From Seinonella peptonophila (GTDB lineage Bacteria > Bacillota > Bacilli > Thermoactinomycetales > Thermoactinomycetaceae), in the NCBI RefSeq assembly GCF_900129355.1, contig NZ_FQVL01000001.1:541753-573752 (forward strand): a stretch of DNA of 32,000 nucleotides, read 5' to 3'. Below, piece by piece: positions 20,834 to 28,847 of the stretch. Position 1 is the stretch's first letter. Each line of letters opens with the position of its first letter. Position numbers and translations under genes: made by a program. Below the pieces are notes generated by a model. The model was not told the origin of the DNA, made no database searches, and was given only the letters and a program-made list of their open reading frames with translations.

Positions 20834-21790
20834 GTGGTGCCAAATTCCATGTCAGAACAGATCACTCAATATGGTGGTCAGGCTGTAATTGAGGGTGTGA
20901 TGTTTGGTGGAATACACTCACAAGTAACAGCGGTCCGCCGTCAGAATGGAACAATCGAAACATACGAAGTTTCAAAAAAACAAATCTCATGGGTCGATAC
21001 ATTAAAGAAAATCCCAATTCTTCGTGGCATTGTCGCTTTAACTGAATCAAGTGCAACAGGAGCAAAGCACTTACAATTTGCTAGTGACAAATTTGCTGAA
21101 GATGAAGAAGGGGAGCCCATTTCAAAATCCCAGTCATCATGGGCTTTATATCTAGGTGTTGCTGTAATTGGTGTGATCTCACTCATTATCGGTAAAATGA
21201 TCTTCACAGCCTTGCCTGCTTTTTTAGCCAGTATAATTTTTGATCCTTATGTTAAAAATTTAATTATCCAAAACTTATTAGAAGGCGCGATTAAAACGAT
21301 TTTACTGCTAGCCTATCTACTCATTCTCGTTCAAACTCCTATGATCAAGCGACTGTTTCAATATCATGGAGCTGAACATAAAGTGATTAACGCTTACGAA
21401 GCAAGACTTGAGTTAACAGTAGAAAATGTTCAAAAACAGTCCACCCTTCACTACCGTTGTGGCAGTAGTTTTATGATTTTAACCATTATCGTAGGGGTTT
21501 TCGTCTATTCATTTTTTAGTTATGACAGTGTTTGGGAAAGAATATGGATTCGCTTATTGCTGTTACCACTAGTCATCGGACTCTCTTATGAGTTATTGCG
21601 TATTACAAATGCAGTACGTGAAGTTCGTCTTTTAAAATACCTTGGTTATCCAGGTCTGTGGTTGCAAAAACTTACAACAAGACAGCCTAATGATGATCAA
21701 GTTGAAGTAGCCATCGCAGCCTTTCAAAGGATGCATGAATTGGATCAGCAAAGTGAGAATGTTACATCTCAAGTGGCGCAACCCTGTTAA
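20834..21790 (+). CDS. yqhQ: DUF1385 domain-containing membrane protein (YqhQ)
   Basis: YGGQAVIEGVMFGG...RGIVALTESSATGAKHL...YHGAEHKVINAYE...STLHYRCGSSFMI-type motifs. Confidence 0.93.
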   Translation: MVPNSMSEQITQYGGQAVIEGVMFGGIHSQVTAVRRQNGTIETYEVSKKQISWVDTLKKIPILRGIVALTESSATGAKHLQFASDKFAEDEEGEPISKSQSSWALYLGVAVIGVISLIIGKMIFTALPAFLASIIFDPYVKNLIIQNLLEGAIKTILLLAYLLILVQTPMIKRLFQYHGAEHKVINAYEARLELTVENVQKQSTLHYRCGSSFMILTIIVGVFVYSFFSYDSVWERIWIRLLLLPLVIGLSYELLRITNAVREVRLLKYLGYPGLWLQKLTTRQPNDDQVEVAIAAFQRMHELDQQSENVTSQVAQPC

Positions 21791-21815
21791 ATCTTTCAAG
21801 AAAAGAGGGAGATGG

Positions 21816-22109
21816 ATGTCTACTTTTTCAACGACTCAAAAAGGTTGGCACTTCCTTGTCTTAGCCCTATTCGCGATTGGATTTATAGTTGAATTGATTC
21901 AACACCCCATTTCCATCATTCTTCCTTTAGTTCTGATAGGGGTCATTTATTATCTATACAAATTCCCGCCTGCATGGCTGATCCGATTAAGTACACGTAC
22001 AGATAGAAGGTTTATCCATCCGAGATCACAACCCCAAAAAGCAATAAACAAGCGAGCAAAAAAACACTCGTTTCGAGTGATCAATGGCAAGAAAAAACGC
22101 TCTCTTTAA
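21816..22109 (+). CDS. yqhP: Small membrane protein, YqhP/SA1362-like (track start 21735, likely start 21816)
   Basis: Two hydrophobic segments, basic C-terminus, position next to yqhQ; GAGGGAG RBS just before ATG 21816. Confidence 0.6.
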   Translation: MSTFSTTQKGWHFLVLALFAIGFIVELIQHPISIILPLVLIGVIYYLYKFPPAWLIRLSTRTDRRFIHPRSQPQKAINKRAKKHSFRVINGKKKRSL

Positions 22110-22156
22110 GCCCTGATTGAAAATAAGCCCATTACCATTGTTGAAGTTGTTCATAA

Positions 22157-22187
22157 TAAAACCAGTTCATATGTGAACTGGTTTATT
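22157..22187. terminator. Bidirectional Rho-independent terminator between convergent yqhP and the PrcB-like gene
   Basis: AAAACCAGTTCA-TATG-TGAACTGGTTT, with T runs on both strands. Confidence 0.8.
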
Positions 22188-22533
22188 CTTGTTCTAACCA
22201 TTCCACCATAACAGGTTGATAAATCTCTAATAACAAGTAAGGGCTTATCACAATTTGCGGAAAAACCATGCCTTTCTGAGGATGAGATTCTTTTACATAA
22301 ATGATGGTACCATCCTCCGTTTCCTCCTGTCGCATAATCTCTAATTTATAACCAGGATTAGGCCGCTCGCCTAAAGCAATTAACAAATATTCAAGATTTG
22401 GCAATTGGAAACGATGTTGACCTTGTTGTGTTTTCTTCTCCTGCATCCATTCAAGTACAGCACTGGGCAATGAGCGATGTTCGACATGCGGTATGAGTCG
22501 GTAATTATAATTCTTCGGTTGATGTAAGGACAT
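22183..22533 (-). CDS. PrcB C-terminal-like protein (protease-complex subunit type)
   Basis: 116 aa; EWMQEKKTQQGQHRFQLPNLEYLLIALGERPNPGYKLEIMRQEETEDGTIIYVKESHPQKG resembles PrcB C-terminal proteins (short GxRPxxGY motif). Confidence 0.65.
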   Translation of the reverse strand: MSLHQPKNYNYRLIPHVEHRSLPSAVLEWMQEKKTQQGQHRFQLPNLEYLLIALGERPNPGYKLEIMRQEETEDGTIIYVKESHPQKGMVFPQIVISPYLLLEIYQPVMVEWLEQE

Positions 22534-22740
22534 GTGTTTTCCGCTACAGAAGTATGCTCCTGTAAACGGACTTCCTCCTTTCTAGAAGCAATGGGGTCGT
22601 GTTTTCGACATCCCACATTCGATTATTAGTCTCTTTTTTAGTGTAACCTATTCGCACATACTTTTCCCTCAAGAATATTACCAAAGTTAATTCTTTTTTA
22701 GGTTAGCGATCACCATTCTTTTTAGTCCGTTATGGAATAG

Positions 22741-23673
22741 TTAGATTACTTTGTCTTTTGCAACCGGCTGATAGCGTGTCTGAATATATTTTTCAATTGT
22801 CCAATTATCAAAGAAAACCTCAGCAGCTTTTACACCAGAGCGAAATAACTGTTCCTTCTTTTCTCTCGATATTGAAAAGTCAGTTAATTTCACTTCCAAT
22901 GAAGGAACTGTAATGGTACGTAACTGATCCTTCTTATGAATGTATAAATTATCATGAGCATCCATCATCGTCAAGAACATCGATGTAAACATGCTAATCG
23001 GACCATGAATTTCATGAAAATGATGTTTCTCCTTTGAAAATAATCGAAGCCCAAAAGTAGGACGTTCAGGCAAATCATCAAATATCCAAACTGGAAAGTT
23101 ACTTAGGACTGCCCCATCAACTACATAACATTCTTTTGTTGTTTCTCGATTTAAAATTTTGGTTGGTTCAAAAAAGAATGGGATACTACAACTCATTCGT
23201 ACTGCTTTTGCAACTGAAAAGTTGGCTGGGTCATAACCGTAACGAGGCAAATCACGTGGTAGAACCATTAAATTCCCTGTTGTAATATCAGAGGCGATAA
23301 TGTTTATCTCCATTTCATGATTCAAATCGGCAAAAGTGCGAACCCCCTTCCGAGCAAGTAAAGAATCAATCCATGCTTCTAAGGGAGATGCAGAATGCAA
23401 ACCTTTAGATAGCCAAACTTTCAATGCAGAACCAATATAAGGAATACGCTGGATAGGCGACTTATGAATCAGTTGGCTCATATCAAACTCTAATAACAAT
23501 TTATATAGTTCATCTGCACGAAAACCCGCTGCTAAAAGCGTTGTCACGATTGATCCAGCTGAAGTTCCTGCTACTCTTTTCCATGTAAACCCTTTCTTCT
23601 CTGCAACAAGAAGCGCTCCCACTAAACCAATCACTTTCACACCGCCGCCCTCGACGACTAAATCAGCATCCAT
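22741..23673 (-). CDS. yqhO: Patatin-like phospholipase (YqhO/RssA type; track start 23694, likely start 23673)
   Basis: DLVVEGGGVKVIGLVGALLVAEKKG...RVAGTSAGSIVTTLLAAG (GxSxG) and VDGAVLSNFPVWIFDD (Asp of the catalytic dyad, DGA). GGAGGGG SD at 23682-23688. Confidence 0.93.
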   Translation of the reverse strand: MDADLVVEGGGVKVIGLVGALLVAEKKGFTWKRVAGTSAGSIVTTLLAAGFRADELYKLLLEFDMSQLIHKSPIQRIPYIGSALKVWLSKGLHSASPLEAWIDSLLARKGVRTFADLNHEMEINIIASDITTGNLMVLPRDLPRYGYDPANFSVAKAVRMSCSIPFFFEPTKILNRETTKECYVVDGAVLSNFPVWIFDDLPERPTFGLRLFSKEKHHFHEIHGPISMFTSMFLTMMDAHDNLYIHKKDQLRTITVPSLEVKLTDFSISREKKEQLFRSGVKAAEVFFDNWTIEKYIQTRYQPVAKDKVI

Positions 23674-23698
23674 CTTTTCTACCCCTCCATCCAAACTG

Positions 23699-23755
23699 GA
23701 CGCTAGGAGGTCTTCTTATCTGAGGTAGAAATATTGTGCATAAGAACTCCTAGTC
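23699..23755 (-). promoter_or_regulatory. Candidate translational attenuator hairpin in the yqhO 5' leader
   Basis: Minus strand CTAGGAG/CTCCTAG and TTCTTAT/ATAAGAA arms, with an alternative CCTCC/GGAGG pairing to the yqhO SD. Confidence 0.5.
23703..23741 (-). CDS. Putative 12-aa leader peptide MHNISTSDKKTS upstream of yqhO
   Basis: Minus strand TAGGAG-TTCTT-ATG CAC AAT ATT TCT ACC TCA GAT AAG AAG ACC TCC TAG; near-ideal SD spacing; the frame lies within a long inverted repeat. Confidence 0.45.
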   Translation of the reverse strand: MHNISTSDKKTS

Positions 23756-23826
23756 AATTTTCCATTAACCTCCTCTTTATGTTATGTGAAAAATGACAAA
23801 AAAACCCCTAGAGTTCATCCCAAGGG

Positions 23827-24270
23827 CTACAATGTGTTTATGTCCTTCTCCAACGAATTGGATGCATCTTTAAGTGAATGTAGTTGTTGAATCAAGGATG
23901 GATTCTTTTCTAGACAATCAACTAAGTTTTCAATGCAATGGATCGAATCCCAACTAAGATGATGCTCAATCCCTTCGACATCTTTATATATTAATTCCTC
24001 GCTGACACCTATCAGTCGAAGAAATTGTTCTAATAGTAAATGACGGTCCACCAACTGCTTACCCATTTTTTTCCCTTTAGAGGTGAGGACTAAACCACGG
24101 TATTTTTCGTATACCAAATATTGTCTTTGGTCTAATTTTTGTACCATCTTTGTAACGGACGAGGGGTGAACTTCCAACGCCTCTGCGATATCTGATACAC
24201 GAGCATAACCTTTTTGATCAATAAGCTTATATATATTTTCCAAATAATCTTCCATACTCGGTGTTGGCAT
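23827..24270 (-). CDS. mntR: Manganese-responsive DtxR-family repressor MntR
   Basis: [45 protein letters not shown]...[14 protein letters not shown]-type metal-binding residues; matches the yqhN position. Confidence 0.94.
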   Translation of the reverse strand: MPTPSMEDYLENIYKLIDQKGYARVSDIAEALEVHPSSVTKMVQKLDQRQYLVYEKYRGLVLTSKGKKMGKQLVDRHLLLEQFLRLIGVSEELIYKDVEGIEHHLSWDSIHCIENLVDCLEKNPSLIQQLHSLKDASNSLEKDINTL

Positions 24271-24374
24271 AGGTGCCCTCCCTATTCTCTTTTCATCCTC
24301 TATATTTTACATTACATGTAACCTATAGGTAAATATCGAGAAAAGTCCGTTCATTATCATCGACAATCATCTAG

Positions 24375-24403
24375 ATATTACCAATCAAATGTATGTTTGT
24401 CAA
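24375..24403 (-). promoter_or_regulatory. Sigma-A promoter of mntR (TTGACA-N17-TAATAT)
   Basis: Minus strand TTGACAAACATACATTTGATTGGTAATAT. Confidence 0.75.
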
Positions 24404-24459
24404 CTAATTTTCTGAAAAAGACAGGTTTTATGAAGGGTTTCCTTCTTGTTTATTAATAT

Positions 24460-25206
24460 TCAATTATAAAGCCACTGTGTCAAATCAAGTGGTGCAAATT
24501 TTAGATAATCACAAGCAACCAAGCATAACTGTACCTCATCTATGTTACCTTGAATCGCATCGTAAGCAGACGAGCCATGTAAATGACCAAAAAGGCAGAG
24601 GCGAACTGAAAATTCTTTTAACAGCTGAAAAAAACCTGATTCCGTACATCCTTTTGTCAATGGCGGATAATGTAACATGCAAATAATCGGTCGATCAGGA
24701 TGATGTTTTCTAGCATCAGTTAAAGCAAGTTGTAGTCGACCCACTTGTCGTTCATAAATTTTGCGATCTGTTTGTTCCTGGAATGAATAATCTCCTGGTA
24801 AATTCCAACCTCTTGTCGCTACTACAACATAGTCCTCCACTAATGTCCAGTCTGCATCGATCCATTCCATGCCTTCTGGAAGTGCTTCACGAACTTTCTT
24901 TTTGCTATGTGCATAATAACAATGATTTCCTGGAGATAGCACTTTGTTACCTGGCAATTGGGCAATCCAGTCAAAATCCCAAACAGCTTCACTCAAACGT
25001 AGTCCCCAACTTATATCTCCAGGAATGAGAACAGTATCAGATACCCCCACGTGTTCGACCCAATGATCTCGGATCAAATCAAAGTAGCGTGGGTTCCAGT
25101 CAAATATATCCATTGGTTTTTCGATATCCTGTTTGGGATCAATCTGATAAAGATTAACTTTATGTCGAAAAGATAAATGTAAATCACTTAACCCAAAGAT
25201 TGCCAT
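24460..25206 (-). CDS. Metallophosphoesterase (calcineurin-like) with atypical GNHC motif
   Basis: DLHLSF, GDISWG, PGNHCYY, MLHYPP, LFGHLHG motifs in order. Confidence 0.9.
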   Translation of the reverse strand: MAIFGLSDLHLSFRHKVNLYQIDPKQDIEKPMDIFDWNPRYFDLIRDHWVEHVGVSDTVLIPGDISWGLRLSEAVWDFDWIAQLPGNKVLSPGNHCYYAHSKKKVREALPEGMEWIDADWTLVEDYVVVATRGWNLPGDYSFQEQTDRKIYERQVGRLQLALTDARKHHPDRPIICMLHYPPLTKGCTESGFFQLLKEFSVRLCLFGHLHGSSAYDAIQGNIDEVQLCLVACDYLKFAPLDLTQWLYN

Positions 25207-25292
25207 ATTCCCCTACGCTCCTCTGTTGATCAATACACAGTTTCCATTATTCATCTTTATCTGTAGAAGCGCAACTGATTTGTAAGACCGCT

Positions 25293-26999
25293 TCAATATA
25301 ATATGGTTTTCCCTTCGACATTGAGCGTTACTCTTTGAATAATGGGAGCGATCTGTCTAGAATAAGTTAAGTTTTTCTGTTCATTTCCATCATAAAATTG
25401 AATCATAGAACGTGTATGAGTTGTATAAATATGAACCTTTATCAATTTACTTCCTTGCTGAATCCAATCTGTTTTTTTCACGGCCATTTTCTTCAATTGC
25501 TCCTGTAAATAAAAAAGCTCAAGTCTTGATTTTGCATTCCAGTAAGCTTTCCATTGTTGATGATCAGTAGTGAGTAGATTAATAGAAAACGGATATTGCA
25601 TGGTTACCGGACGAATCATAAACGACTTTTTCAAATGAAGCTGTTCCACTGTTGAACCTGGAAACAAAACGGTTTTATTATTCATGATTTTCCCTTGACC
25701 GAAAACCAACCGCCAAGGAGTCGGATATAAATAAGAGATTGAACGATTGACTCGTTTTTTAACCAGTTCAGTCCGCGGCTGTTTTACCACAACCATTCCT
25801 TTACCTTCTATCCGCACAATAAAAGAAGATGCTATGGGTAGAGTGCCAATTCCTATCCATTTTAGCTTTGATCCAGATTCTTGAAGCTGAACCGCCAAAG
25901 GTTTCCCTCGCTCATATTCAATGATATAATGATATATTTTTCTTGGTTTCACGCGAAACTCCGATGAGATCAACATCGGCAACTGCCGTTTTCCTGACCG
26001 TTGATATAGAATAATCCGCCCATTCGAAGAGACTGTCAAGCCATATTGCTTTTCTTTATCTTTTTTTGATTGTAATAAAAAATAAAAAGTAGAACCTTTA
26101 CCCATCGAAAAACTACCTGTAATACGAGAAAATCGATCCACACCCACAGGCAATTGGTATTCCCTGTCTCTGTTTCGAAGATCGAACCAAGCAGGATTCG
26201 TGTAAAAATGATCGTTTGCTTTATCTTGCTGTGGCAGGCAAGTATGATAGGTACTTGTACTTTTCACTATGAAAATGAACATCATGAAAACTCCACACAG
26301 AACCACCCATTTCCAATGAGGCTGTTTTTGTATCGTCTTTTTCCAATATTCATCTAAATAATCATTCAATATTTCCATAAATGTTTGCATGGTCATCTTA
26401 GAGGTGATGACCTGTTTAATCAATTTAGATATCGATGAAGGGATCTTATTTACTTTCAACTGAATAAATAAATCTTCTACTCCTGAATCATAAAATTGAC
26501 CAGTTAGTAAAAAAGGTAATAATTTTCTCCAACTCTCATGCTCTTCTTCAAGATGTTCCACAGAAAAAAACAGTAATAAGGGATCACCTTCCCGAACCAG
26601 TATTTTTTTTGGATCACATGCAATGTGTAGAGGAAGATTCGTTTCTTTTACATACACGATCACTTGCAAAACTTTAAGTACAAATTGCATTGCTTGATAC
26701 AGTTCCATAGGACGATTCGGATTTACTTCTAACAATAAAGGTTCCCCGGTATTTGGAGGATGCACCAAAATCAATTGATTATCTTCAAGAATCATATCAA
26801 GAATCGGAACGATATAAGGATGTTGTAACTGCTGCATTAGCTGGTTTAAACTCATCTCTTTTATCGTTAAATCATATAAAGGAATTTTTTGAAGGCAAAG
26901 AGAGGTACCATCTAATGACCTTGCTTGAATTAACTGCCCTGTTATAGAGTCAATTACATCTTCAACAAAAAATCTTTGATCATACTGAGAATGTAACAA
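25293..26999 (-). CDS. Membrane protein: degenerate kinase-like (pseudokinase) cytoplasmic domain, one TM helix, large extracytoplasmic domain (paralog A)
   Basis: N-terminal SLCLQKI...LMQQLQHPYIVPILDMILEDNQLILVHP...HIACDPKKILV...WRKLLPFLLTG; TM WKWVVLCGVFMMFIFIV; aligns with the next ORF. Confidence 0.65.
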   Translation of the reverse strand: MLHSQYDQRFFVEDVIDSITGQLIQARSLDGTSLCLQKIPLYDLTIKEMSLNQLMQQLQHPYIVPILDMILEDNQLILVHPPNTGEPLLLEVNPNRPMELYQAMQFVLKVLQVIVYVKETNLPLHIACDPKKILVREGDPLLLFFSVEHLEEEHESWRKLLPFLLTGQFYDSGVEDLFIQLKVNKIPSSISKLIKQVITSKMTMQTFMEILNDYLDEYWKKTIQKQPHWKWVVLCGVFMMFIFIVKSTSTYHTCLPQQDKANDHFYTNPAWFDLRNRDREYQLPVGVDRFSRITGSFSMGKGSTFYFLLQSKKDKEKQYGLTVSSNGRIILYQRSGKRQLPMLISSEFRVKPRKIYHYIIEYERGKPLAVQLQESGSKLKWIGIGTLPIASSFIVRIEGKGMVVVKQPRTELVKKRVNRSISYLYPTPWRLVFGQGKIMNNKTVLFPGSTVEQLHLKKSFMIRPVTMQYPFSINLLTTDHQQWKAYWNAKSRLELFYLQEQLKKMAVKKTDWIQQGSKLIKVHIYTTHTRSMIQFYDGNEQKNLTYSRQIAPIIQRVTLNVEGKTILY

Positions 27000-27031
27000 A
27001 TGAATTCACCCTAATCTATTGATACATTTAA

Positions 27032-28747
27032 TTATTTATTTAATATTCTCAAAAGATATTTGTCAGTTCTAATATGAATATACTGAAAAATCATCGGCTG
27101 TTTTAGTTGATAGGTTAAGTCCCTGCTCTTTTTATCTTGTTGAATGGTAAATCGAAGCCGTTCTCCTTGGTTCATCATGACCAGTTCCGTTTCATCTTTA
27201 GGATTCCATTTCTTGGGCAATGGGATAGAAGATAATCGTTTCATTTGCGTAGTCACTTGTACTAATTCGATTGAATGGCTTGGATGATAAAAGAGAATAA
27301 ATCGCTCAGAAGTTAATGACTCTAATTCAATCAGAGGTATACTCTTTTCATCATCTTGCCCCTGCCACCGGTAATGAAAAGTTGGACAATATGGATACTG
27401 AAATTGGGATTGTTCCATCAATATGATTTGTTTAGACTGCTCTACCAGATTTCCATGTACTAATTGCCCACCATCTTTCTGTCTCCATAATAATTGAGCC
27501 CTATTATTTTTTGTTACTTTCACTTGTTGGATATGGGTCATCCAATTCCCAAGAAAAAAGAGCTGGTACTCCTTTTCACTTAACACCGGTCCCACGATCA
27601 ACCACTTTTGATCTTGTGAAGATACATTTATGTAAAGGGGCTTATTGGGCTGAAAGATCAATTGAAATTTATATTCCTGCTTTGGCTTTAAATGAAAGGT
27701 CGAACTGGCGCGATCTTGCGTGGAAATCTTTTTCTTATGCCCAGCAATGATATAGGGATATCCTTGATGATCAAAATGTAGACCAAAGCGCTCCTTATCA
27801 GGAGTAACAAAAAAAGCAGAAAAAGGCGATACTTCTTTCTGAATAAAGGAGAATTGCACCACTGTTGGTTGTTTTAAGGTTTGATTCATATATAAGCTAC
27901 TAATCTTTTGATCGTGAAAAGAGATTTGAGGAATGGTGATAACATCAGCATGTTTATTCTGCTGAACGCTTGTAGAAGAGACTGGTTTTAGCCAATCATT
28001 AACAAAATGTAAGCTCAAGCCCATTCCTAACATAGAAAATGCTGTAATCCCAATCCACCAATACTTTTTCCCCTTTCTTGAATGAACCTTTCGTCTAGGA
28101 ACGGTTGCAAAATGAGCTTGTTCACATAGTTGTAGCATATCTTCGGGTGTAATCAATGGCTCAAAACTTCGGTAAAGTAACTCTCTAATCTGGATGGGTA
28201 AACAACTTTGTAAGGATGAGATAGTAGCATCTTTTTTCCCGGTTAAAAGAAAAGGAAATAAGCCTCTCCAACTATTCTCAAATTGTTCAACAGCTTCTCC
28301 AACTGAACTGCAAAGTTTTACAAACAAAAGATAAGGTTGGTGAACCAAGAAAATATCTTCTGGCTCCATATGAACAACCATAGGGATCTCATAATGAAGC
28401 AGATGAATCGCTGTTCGTAGCAGATTTTGATATAGCTTGATCGCTTGATCTGGTAGCATCGGTTTTTTTATTGTGACTAACTGAGTTAAAGGGCGAAGTT
28501 TCATATATGGATGAACCAAAATCAATCGATTCCCAGACTGTATCACTTGTTTGATAGGGTATAAATATGGATATGTAAGCTGTGCCATCAATTGTTGCAC
28601 ATGGTTGATATCACGATATGGATTATAAATCTCTTGAAGATAAACTTGTTCCCCTTGGGTTGAATTAGACAAGATAAGCTGACCTTTTGGATACCGTATC
28701 ACATCCTTTACCTGAAAAGTCTCGTAATAGTGCTTTTCCTCACTCAA
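27032..28747 (-). CDS. Membrane protein: degenerate kinase-like (pseudokinase) domain, one TM helix, large extracytoplasmic domain (paralog B)
   Basis: VYLQEI...LMAQLTYPYLYPIKQVIQSGNRLILVHP...VHMEPEDIFLV...WRGLFPFLLTG; TM YWWIGITAFSMLGMGLSLHFV. Confidence 0.65.
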   Translation of the reverse strand: MSEEKHYYETFQVKDVIRYPKGQLILSNSTQGEQVYLQEIYNPYRDINHVQQLMAQLTYPYLYPIKQVIQSGNRLILVHPYMKLRPLTQLVTIKKPMLPDQAIKLYQNLLRTAIHLLHYEIPMVVHMEPEDIFLVHQPYLLFVKLCSSVGEAVEQFENSWRGLFPFLLTGKKDATISSLQSCLPIQIRELLYRSFEPLITPEDMLQLCEQAHFATVPRRKVHSRKGKKYWWIGITAFSMLGMGLSLHFVNDWLKPVSSTSVQQNKHADVITIPQISFHDQKISSLYMNQTLKQPTVVQFSFIQKEVSPFSAFFVTPDKERFGLHFDHQGYPYIIAGHKKKISTQDRASSTFHLKPKQEYKFQLIFQPNKPLYINVSSQDQKWLIVGPVLSEKEYQLFFLGNWMTHIQQVKVTKNNRAQLLWRQKDGGQLVHGNLVEQSKQIILMEQSQFQYPYCPTFHYRWQGQDDEKSIPLIELESLTSERFILFYHPSHSIELVQVTTQMKRLSSIPLPKKWNPKDETELVMMNQGERLRFTIQQDKKSRDLTYQLKQPMIFQYIHIRTDKYLLRILNK

Positions 28748-28847
28748 GTTCAGTTCCTCTTTTCTAAAATATACTATCGCTTCCGAATGATGAAAAAGTC
28801 TATTACCAATTATACTAAATTTTTTCTAATCTTCCATCTTTAGATTT

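Noticed and set aside
20834-22109. 55-bp overlap of yqhQ and yqhP frames as an unusual overlapping gene pair
   Set aside because: An RBS and ATG at 21816 place the true yqhP start after the yqhQ stop.
22380-22616. 78-aa minus-strand ORF overlapping the PrcB-like gene start
   Set aside because: GTG start, Arg/Cys-rich non-protein-like translation, overlaps a better frame.
25783-28747. Small plus-strand ORFs (26154-26357, 26753-26947, 27511-27750) opposite the pseudokinase-like genes
   Set aside because: Fully antisense to long convincing ORFs, no RBS or family resemblance.
25293-28747. Calling the two membrane proteins EssB/YukC of a type VII secretion system
   Set aside because: Topology is similar, but no WXG100, EssC, EsaA or YukD genes are in the window and no diagnostic EssB sequence motif was recognised.
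25293-28747. Active Ser/Thr receptor kinases
   Set aside because: VAIK lysine, HRD aspartate and DFG are missing in both paralogs.
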